Shown here in pieces: positions 56,850 to 64,000 of a stretch of DNA of 64,000 bases; position 1 is the first letter of the stretch; each line of letters opens with the position of its first letter. Below the pieces are notes generated by a model. The model saw nothing but the letters and a program-made list of their open reading frames with translations, did no database searches and had not been told where the DNA came from. Both the position numbers and the translations under genes were made by a program. The stretch is from a virus, in IMG/VR virus record IMGVR_UViG_3300017971_000034, positions 6,822 to 70,821 of that record; one strand, written 5' to 3'.

Positions 56850-58249
56850 TATACCACCTCCACCTGCGCAGCGTTGGCCCGCAGCACGTGCCGGGACGTC
56901 GACGGGTAGACGTCCCCGGTCGGCTGCTGGAACGACAGGGTACGCAGTTCGTCGAACGACTGTATGAGCCGCGACACCAACCGGTTGATCAGCAGCGGTT
57001 CCCCGGGCGGTAGGTCGGCCATCCAGGAGACGATCTCGTCGGCCAGGTCCACGCGTAGCTTCGCCAGGTCGGTACCCTCGTTCACCACCACGTTAACCAC
57101 GAACGGCACGATCTCCGGTAGCGGCGGCACTACCCGTACCCTGGTACCGGCCGCCCTCCACCCCGGGGTCTCGGCCAGGTCGCTCGGGTCGCCCTCTATC
57201 TCCGCCTGCAGCTCCCTAATGACCCCGGTGTAAACGTCGTAACCGGACACCTTCCAGTCCGACCCGGGGGGCATGAAGGACTGGTCCAGCACGTAGATGG
57301 CGCCCCTCTCCTCCACGCTGACCCACTTCGGAGGACTCCCTACCGAGACCGTGACGAAACCGCCCCCTGCGTCCACCTCTATGGTGTCGATGGGCTCTAT
57401 CGCCGGGCCCTGGTGCCAGATTACGCTCTGCCCCTGGAGTGGCACGGTTCCCGTTACCTCCTGACCGGCCGCCTCGTACCCCTGCATACCGGACCCGTCG
57501 TCCACCACGAGCTCGGTATACCCGGGGCGCTCCGGGTCCTCGTAGGCGAACGCGTGCCGGATGCGGATCCCCTGCGAACCGGAGAAGGCTCGCGCAGCGT
57601 ACTCTAGCGCCCGCGGCTGGCACCGGGCTAGCGACGACAGGTACAGCAGCGCCCTCTGCACGAGCTGTTCGTCCGTCTCACGGTCCTGCCCGCCGGTCAC
57701 CGGATTTATGTTGGTAACGGCGATGATGTCGTCGGGCCCGGAGATCAACCTGGTGACGGCCCCTATATCGGCATTGGCCGTTACCCCTCGGTTGGCCGAT
57801 ACCACGCTTATAGCCGGCGTAGCCGGGTTCGGCGGATACTCCAGCTCGCCGATGGCCATCGTCACGTTCTCGGTCTGGACGTACACGGCGTTAGCGTCGT
57901 CCTCGCGGGCGTATACCGTACCGGCGGGTACTACCAGCTCGGCTACGGCCGTGTCCCGCGTCACCTTCATGGAGGCACCGGAGGCAGCGCTGGCCTCAAG
58001 GCGCTGCACCCCCGGAGGTGGTAGCTCTCCGACCCGCTCGTCGAGGTCCGACCCGGCCGCTCCCTCCAGGCTGAAGGCGTCCCTGATCTTGGACAAGCGG
58101 AACTCGATATGCTCCATCTCTTCGGCGACGGCGCCCAGGATGGACAGGAGTACCGAGCCCTCACCAACATCAGTAAGGACGGACTTGGCCACGACGCACG
58201 CTACCATCTCCTGCAGTATCTCGTCCCTAAGCCTCGGTACGTACGGCAT
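56849..58249 (-). CDS. Baseplate J-like wedge protein
   Basis: TDVGEGSV, AAGSDLD, GGQDRETDEQL, LVVDDGSG. Confidence 0.9.
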   Translation of the reverse strand: MPYVPRLRDEILQEMVACVVAKSVLTDVGEGSVLLSILGAVAEEMEHIEFRLSKIRDAFSLEGAAGSDLDERVGELPPPGVQRLEASAASGASMKVTRDTAVAELVVPAGTVYAREDDANAVYVQTENVTMAIGELEYPPNPATPAISVVSANRGVTANADIGAVTRLISGPDDIIAVTNINPVTGGQDRETDEQLVQRALLYLSSLARCQPRALEYAARAFSGSQGIRIRHAFAYEDPERPGYTELVVDDGSGMQGYEAAGQEVTGTVPLQGQSVIWHQGPAIEPIDTIEVDAGGGFVTVSVGSPPKWVSVEERGAIYVLDQSFMPPGSDWKVSGYDVYTGVIRELQAEIEGDPSDLAETPGWRAAGTRVRVVPPLPEIVPFVVNVVVNEGTDLAKLRVDLADEIVSWMADLPPGEPLLINRLVSRLIQSFDELRTLSFQQPTGDVYPSTSRHVLRANAAQVEVV

Positions 58250-58258
58250 CTCGTTACC

Positions 58259-59986
58259 TCACAGCGCTAGGAAGGGAACGGTTACGGCCAGGTTGACACC
58301 GCCGACGGCCCGGAACTCGGCGTCCACACTCTGACCGTCCCCCGTGTCTTCGACCACGAGCTTGGTTACCCTGTCCACGCGGCGGTCGGCGTCCAGTTGG
58401 GACCTGACGTGCGCGGCCAGGTATCCCGACATACGGGAGAAGGACGGTTCCCCCACTAGCTTCGGCAACCCCAGGTTGGGGAAGGTAACGTTCTGCCTCT
58501 GCTCCGTCCGTAGCCTAACCGTCAACCCCTGTTCAAAGTTCGGTACCCCCGATATCGTCTGCACGTCGGACGGGGAGTCACCCGCCGATGCCACCAGATC
58601 CCCGTCCGCGCCTATGCGCAGGTCCGTCCCGAACATTACCGAGTCGGAAACTCCCCCGGGCGCCGCGTCCGCCCCCCCTACCGGTGCGGGAACGTACAGC
58701 ACCGCCCCCGGCAGGATCGGCTCTCCCGTATTCAGTACCCACGGGATGCTGATCCCGTTAATGGAGGCTACCTCCGGCCACCTGGAACGGTCACCCAGGT
58801 ACTGTTCGGCGACGTCCTGCAGGGTCTCCCCGTCCCCGACAACGTGTACGAATACGGGCCTCTTCTGGGTGGACACCAAGCGGGGGGACGTACGCGATTG
58901 CGGGGCCACCCTATCCCTGGTAAACCCGAACCTTATATACGCCTGACCGTAGGCGGAGACAGCCGACCTGCGGGCCTCCGAGATGAAGTCCATGGCAGAC
59001 CGGAGACCGGACCTAGCGGCCGCGCGGTTGGTGTACGGTAGCGCCGCCCACGTTTCTACCAGGGCGCTGGTGGTCTCCTCGGCCAGTACCCCCAGCTCTT
59101 CTATCGCCTCGCGGGGCCACGCCACCAGGGAGGCACCGGCGTTAGCGGCCGAGTACACGTTCCGGGATAGCCTCACCAGTGCCCTAACCGGGTACTTGAA
59201 GCTGTCCAGGGCGGCCTTGGTGTCCCGCAGGTAGGACGTCCCGGAAGTAATTATCTCGCTGGCCGAGTCTATGGCGCGCGCCGACGCCCGCAGGGTCTGG
59301 CGCAGGGTACCGAAGGCTAGGAAGTTGTGGGCCTTCACCTTCTCGTACGCTACCAGAACCAAATCCCACTCGTACGAGTGCCTGCTGCTACCCGTGGCCC
59401 GGGACCAGTTAAACTGCTGCGGCTCTACCAGCAGGTCGTGCTCCTCCCACAGCGCGCGGACTACCATGCGCACGCCGTCCTGCTCGATCGTCCTCCCCGG
59501 GTTGCGCTTCTCCGCGGTGTCTAACCACGCCGTGGTCGGTACCCCGGCGAGCTGCGGGTCGACCCCGGTAAACCTCCACCCGGTGGTAGCCTTGGTAGAG
59601 GCGCCTATGACCTTCGGGGAGGACACCCTGCGCGCTGCGTCCTCGTACTCCCACCGCTTAGCCAGCTCCTGGTACTCCTCCATGAACCGCTCGAACTCGC
59701 GGAACAGGGCGGGCCCCTCGTCGTAGCGGGTCCTCCCCTCCCAATCGGTACCCAACCTGTAGCGGAGACCGGAACGTCCGCGGATATTCAACCTCTCCTC
59801 GCGCACGCCCGACCGTTCTAGGACCGGTAGGTCCCCCATGGTCCACGTCAACAGCGAGGATTCTTCCCTATTCTTGGAGTAGAAGTTGACGAACGGTAGC
59901 GAGAAGGCCCATAGGAGCCTCCCCTGCATGTACACCTCCAGGATGTAATTGACGTCCCGTACCGTGATATCGCTACCTCTTGGCAC
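58259..59986 (-). CDS. Baseplate protein with LysM and gp25-like domains
   Basis: VGDGETLQDVAEQYLGD..RW.EVA.IN (LysM); FGTDL..GDL...P.LG..D.RV (gp25-like). Confidence 0.8.
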   Translation of the reverse strand: MPRGSDITVRDVNYILEVYMQGRLLWAFSLPFVNFYSKNREESSLLTWTMGDLPVLERSGVREERLNIRGRSGLRYRLGTDWEGRTRYDEGPALFREFERFMEEYQELAKRWEYEDAARRVSSPKVIGASTKATTGWRFTGVDPQLAGVPTTAWLDTAEKRNPGRTIEQDGVRMVVRALWEEHDLLVEPQQFNWSRATGSSRHSYEWDLVLVAYEKVKAHNFLAFGTLRQTLRASARAIDSASEIITSGTSYLRDTKAALDSFKYPVRALVRLSRNVYSAANAGASLVAWPREAIEELGVLAEETTSALVETWAALPYTNRAAARSGLRSAMDFISEARRSAVSAYGQAYIRFGFTRDRVAPQSRTSPRLVSTQKRPVFVHVVGDGETLQDVAEQYLGDRSRWPEVASINGISIPWVLNTGEPILPGAVLYVPAPVGGADAAPGGVSDSVMFGTDLRIGADGDLVASAGDSPSDVQTISGVPNFEQGLTVRLRTEQRQNVTFPNLGLPKLVGEPSFSRMSGYLAAHVRSQLDADRRVDRVTKLVVEDTGDGQSVDAEFRAVGGVNLAVTVPFLAL

Positions 59987-60778
59987 CTACTCCTCCTCGT
60001 CCTCGCTGATGCGGAACAGGGCCGAGGACATCTTCTTCTGCAGGGCCGCGGTAATATACGGCTCGGATGGACCGGTACCTGGCCAAGCCACCCCCGTTTC
60101 GGTAATAACCTCATTGACCCATGTCACTAGCTCTGCCACGAATACGTTAAATTTACCCGCCCACTCCTTGAATCCGTTGATCCTCATCAAACGATCGACG
60201 GTGTCCTTACCCTCGCGGGAAACACGTATAACTCGATCCTTACCGAGCTGAAAATTAACGTTCCCCTTGGTCTGAGCACTCCCCCCTACTTCATTCGAGT
60301 CGAAGATCAACTCCCCGTCTTCGGTAAGCAAGAAGCGTGCGCCCCCGTTCGACCAGAACCAGTCCTTGGGGCCGGGTCGGGAATCACGGTCCTTGTCCTG
60401 CGCCGTCGGCTTCCTCCTCTTGGCCTGGACCTTAACGGAGTCCTTCTGCCGGCTCTGTACCGTCCCTACGATGATCGGGGTTCCGAGACCGTCCCGGTAC
60501 ATTACCACGGCCTGCGAAGCGTCCCCACCCAGGGCCAACGAACCGGACCGCTCAGTCTTACCTACCTGCATAGGGACGTAGGACGTCCGCTCCGCACCGC
60601 CCCCCTGAACTACCACCGGAACGCGGTACCAGGTGCGACCGCTAGCCGGGTCCCAGACGTCGTAGAATACGCGCCCACCGATAACGTGCGACGCCCGCAC
60701 GATGGTCACGGCGCAACCGCCGCGGCGGATCATGCGCACCGCGTGATCCTCGAACGGCATTCCGGAGGTACCGCTCAC
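59987..60778 (-). CDS. Baseplate spike/gpV-like protein
   Basis: OB-fold-like N-terminus; follows hub; GTGA overlap. Confidence 0.55.
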   Translation of the reverse strand: MSGTSGMPFEDHAVRMIRRGGCAVTIVRASHVIGGRVFYDVWDPASGRTWYRVPVVVQGGGAERTSYVPMQVGKTERSGSLALGGDASQAVVMYRDGLGTPIIVGTVQSRQKDSVKVQAKRRKPTAQDKDRDSRPGPKDWFWSNGGARFLLTEDGELIFDSNEVGGSAQTKGNVNFQLGKDRVIRVSREGKDTVDRLMRINGFKEWAGKFNVFVAELVTWVNEVITETGVAWPGTGPSEPYITAALQKKMSSALFRISEDEEE

Positions 60779-62661
60779 GGCGTACCCCCCGTACCGGCCC
60801 CGGAACCGCTCTGCATCTGCTGGAACAGCTTGCGCCGCCTGCCGCGGACCGGGGCCCCGCGCATGGTCATAGCCGGCCGCAGGTCCTCGGAAACGTCCGG
60901 CAAACCGCGCGTGAAAGTAACGGCGGTACGGCCCCGCACGGTTGGTCCGTCCACGTGCACGGTGTGCGTCACCGTCTCCACGTACCCCGTTATGTGCTTC
61001 CACGTGCCGCCGTCCGGTAGCTCCATGGTTATTACCTTACCGGCCCTAATGTCCGGTCGGTACCGACACGTTACCTCACCCGTCATGAACTTAGCGGCCC
61101 CTCCCATGAACTGGGCCGCTTGTACCGCCACCGTACGCATGTGCCGCAGCAGCGAATCCGGGCTCTCACCCTGCTGCCCGGCGTCCTTGGTACTCTCCTT
61201 GTTCTCCTGCTTGTCCGGGTTCACCGGCGCGTAGAACGGCCACGGCGGCCGGTACAGGCGTAGCCCCGATACCCGCAGATCGTCTGGGGTAAAGATGGGC
61301 AACCCGGCGTTCTCCATGAACGAGATGACAGAGTCGGGCTGCGTGGGCAGCCCGACCGTAACGGCGTTCACGTGCCCGAGGTCGGACATGCCCCAGCTAA
61401 CGGAGTACACCTCCCCGCGGTCCACCTGGTATCCCAGGTCCGGCCTCCACGTTATCCCCTGAAACAGCTCGTCGTCTATGTCGATGGCCTTTATAATGCG
61501 GTTCGCGATTTTAATGTGCCGGTCGGGTATCCTCCCCTCCCGTAGGCGCTTACGCAGGTCGAAGGCCAACCCCACCAACCCAGGAGGAGCGTACAGCTCG
61601 GCCCACTCCGAGAGCGTGCGGTGGGTACGCCACGGCCTCATCCGGTAGACTAGGACGGGGTTGAGCCCCAGGTACCTCCCGGTCCTGGAGGCGGGCCTGG
61701 AACCGCCGACGGGCTCGAACACGGTCTCCTTGGTGGTCCCGGACCGTATCTGGGTGGGGGCGGTCGGGGACACTACCTGCCCGACCTTAACCCGCCTCTT
61801 GGTATAAGCGATCCTGGCGTTTATGGCCATGACCTCCTTCATCTTGTCCGGGTCGACTATGTCTGTCTTCGGGTCTACCGCCAGGTCCACATCCCGCAGG
61901 CCCGGTATACCTGGTTCCTCCAGGGTGGGGAACAGTTCCAGCATGTTGTGGGCGGGCACGAAGGTAGACAGGATCAGGTCCATGGCGGACGTGCCGGTCG
62001 GGTTTATGGAGTTCATGCCCATCAGGCTGGGTCCGCGGACAGGGTCCACCACCGCGTTGGGGGCGTACGCCTTGGAGCTCTCCACGTCGTGCACCACCCG
62101 GATAGCGTCCCCGATAGCCTCCCCGCGCATGGACGGCGGCAGGTACATGGTGTCCAGCAGCAGGAACTCGAACACGTCCGCCAAGGACCGACCGATGTTG
62201 CCGTCGAGGGTGGAGAACAGGGATTCTACCACCAGGTCCCAGTCCTCGTACCGGAACATCGTAGCGTAACTCAGGCTCTGCAACCCTGGCGATACGTACA
62301 CGGACGTCCTACCGAGGACGTCCAACCACGAGGAGGTCACCACCGAGACCGGGTTCGTCTTGATACCGCTGCCCGCCTGCATGCTACCGTTTACGTCGTT
62401 GATAAACCCCCAGGACATGGCCTTCCCCGTGTCCGGGTCACGCAACACCAGCCAGTCACCGGTGCCGAACGTGGTCCACCCGCGGCGCGGAAACTGGAAC
62501 GTTAGCTGGATGGCCTCCCACGGTTGGTTGACGCTGTGCGACCAGGACAGGCTGAGGGCCTTCCCGTTTAGGTACTGAACCCGGTCCCCGGCGTCCTCCT
62601 TGATCTGGTCCCTGGGCCGGTAGGACGGGTGCAGCTCTATGATCGGTACGCGTACGCTCAC
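60775..62661 (-). CDS. Baseplate hub protein
   Basis: After tape measure; TGEVTCRYRPDIRAG..GYVETVTH..TFTRG. Confidence 0.7.
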   Translation of the reverse strand: MSVRVPIIELHPSYRPRDQIKEDAGDRVQYLNGKALSLSWSHSVNQPWEAIQLTFQFPRRGWTTFGTGDWLVLRDPDTGKAMSWGFINDVNGSMQAGSGIKTNPVSVVTSSWLDVLGRTSVYVSPGLQSLSYATMFRYEDWDLVVESLFSTLDGNIGRSLADVFEFLLLDTMYLPPSMRGEAIGDAIRVVHDVESSKAYAPNAVVDPVRGPSLMGMNSINPTGTSAMDLILSTFVPAHNMLELFPTLEEPGIPGLRDVDLAVDPKTDIVDPDKMKEVMAINARIAYTKRRVKVGQVVSPTAPTQIRSGTTKETVFEPVGGSRPASRTGRYLGLNPVLVYRMRPWRTHRTLSEWAELYAPPGLVGLAFDLRKRLREGRIPDRHIKIANRIIKAIDIDDELFQGITWRPDLGYQVDRGEVYSVSWGMSDLGHVNAVTVGLPTQPDSVISFMENAGLPIFTPDDLRVSGLRLYRPPWPFYAPVNPDKQENKESTKDAGQQGESPDSLLRHMRTVAVQAAQFMGGAAKFMTGEVTCRYRPDIRAGKVITMELPDGGTWKHITGYVETVTHTVHVDGPTVRGRTAVTFTRGLPDVSEDLRPAMTMRGAPVRGRRRKLFQQMQSGSGAGTGGTP

Positions 62662-64000
62662 CTGGCCCTACCCCCGCGCATGGTGTCCCCCATGTAGCCG
62701 CGCAGCGACCCTCCCTCCTGTACGAACCTCCCAACGTCCTCCTTCGAGTAACCGGCCTGTACGCCGGCGACCTCCTTCAGCTTACCGGTAATCGTACCGC
62801 CCGCCTTACCCATAACGTCTAGGATCCTGTGTATCATGTGGACGTCGTCCAGGAGACCCCGCGCGTCCTCGATGGAGATACTCTGCAGCAGCGACACCTG
62901 CTGCATGGCCCCCTGGATGGCTAGCTCCCTTCCGCCCGCCATCGGCAGCCCCGGCATCCTGCGGCCGCGGGCCAGCGGGCCAGCCGCGGCACCGGCCTGG
63001 CCCATCGTCAGTCCCATCGAGGCGAAGATCAGGTCCGCGTTGGCGCCGAACTGACCGGTTATGGCCTCCCTGGCGAAACCGGCCGCCCCTCCCGGGCCGG
63101 CCGCCCCTTCCTCCAGGGCCCGTACGGCGCCCCTGATACCACCCCCGGCCCGGATCGCCCGCGCCATTACGGCCTGCTGCCCGAGGCCTTGGAACCCCCC
63201 CAACAGCCCACCCCGGGCTCCTCCCACCGTTCCCGCGAGCTGGGCCGCGAACCTGGGGAGGCGCAGCCCGGCGTCCTCCAACCCCTGGGTGGAGCGGAGC
63301 TGGTTCATGAAGTTCTCGGTACCCTTCAGGTTGGTGTCGATACCTTGCTCGGCTAGCTGGGTGGTGGACCCGGCGATGATCTGCAACCACTTGTCCAGGT
63401 TGGCGCCGCGCAACCCCTGCGCGAACGCCATCGAGAGCTGGTTGCGCGGGTTGGCCCCGGCGGCCCCGGGACCACCCAGGGCACCGGCTCCGCGGGCCTG
63501 CAAGCCGGAAAACTGCGCCATGGCACCGATACCGGCCCCGCTCAGCGACATCCCCAGGAAGTTTGGGGTCCCGCCGATGGTTCCGCGCTGCGCCGCGAAC
63601 TGCTGCGCCATGGCGGCCGTCTCGCCGGGGGCGAACCCCAGGGCGGCGCCCCTCTCCAGGCTAACCCCCACCCCCCCGAGCCTCGACAGCCCCTGCTGCC
63701 TGGTGATCTGCATCAGCTGCTCGACCCTGCCGACCCGCTGCTGCATACCGGCCGACATGAGCTTCAGGGCACCCTGCGCCAGACCGGACAGGCTCCGCAT
63801 GATGCCGCCGACGATAGGGATTCCGCCCCCGATACCGCCAAAACCCTCCATTACCTCTTCGATCGCGCCGGCCGCCTCGCCTATGGCCCCCTGACCCCCC
63901 GTTCCGCGCCTTCCCTGGAACATCTGCTGGCGGCGCGGCCCGAACACGGCGCCCGCCGACCCCATCAGGGACGCCATCATCGACGGGGCCCACCCGGCTC
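62658..64000 (-). CDS. Tape measure protein, C-terminal part (5' end outside the window)
   Basis: Long Gly/Ala/Gln-rich helical ORF upstream of hub. Confidence 0.75.
   Translation of the reverse strand, partial: AGWAPSMMASLMGSAGAVFGPRRQQMFQGRRGTGGQGAIGEAAGAIEEVMEGFGGIGGGIPIVGGIMRSLSGLAQGALKLMSAGMQQRVGRVEQLMQITRQQGLSRLGGVGVSLERGAALGFAPGETAAMAQQFAAQRGTIGGTPNFLGMSLSGAGIGAMAQFSGLQARGAGALGGPGAAGANPRNQLSMAFAQGLRGANLDKWLQIIAGSTTQLAEQGIDTNLKGTENFMNQLRSTQGLEDAGLRLPRFAAQLAGTVGGARGGLLGGFQGLGQQAVMARAIRAGGGIRGAVRALEEGAAGPGGAAGFAREAITGQFGANADLIFASMGLTMGQAGAAAGPLARGRRMPGLPMAGGRELAIQGAMQQVSLLQSISIEDARGLLDDVHMIHRILDVMGKAGGTITGKLKEVAGVQAGYSKEDVGRFVQEGGSLRGYMGDTMRGGRAR

Noticed and set aside
1-64000. Prophage or integrative element; introns or inteins in terL, polA, dnaB and recA
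   Set aside because: No integrase, att site or flanking host genes seen; those genes are of normal length with contiguous motifs.

Overview
GC-rich segment of a tailed dsDNA phage with a contractile tail (myovirus). I saw no integrase, rRNA or CRISPR array. Layout: head module on the minus strand (1-10.2 kb: capsid, scaffold, protease, MuF, portal, putative internal head proteins), then lysis and accessory genes, a fibre, terminase, SbcCD, a MutY-like glycosylase, RecA and a PurA-family enzyme with PurZ0-type signatures (minus strand to 35.7 kb). A plus-strand replication block follows (35.8-51.9 kb: resolvase, alpha-CTD mimic, SF2 helicase, HD hydrolase, AT-rich candidate origin, DnaB, primase, UDG-fused PolA, dCMP deaminase, DUF5664, SSB). 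The window ends with minus-strand baseplate, tail and tape-measure genes (52-64 kb). Main leads: (1) a probable 2-aminoadenine (Z) genome pathway with an unusual polymerase O-helix and decayed methyltransferases; (2) short captured pieces of two host DNA-modification defence loci (dndB-dndC junction; internally deleted BREX-3-type methylase plus the start of a helicase); (3) a degenerate tRNA-like RNA; (4) a shared cleavage and targeting code in head proteins. All family calls are from motif recognition by eye, not database searches.
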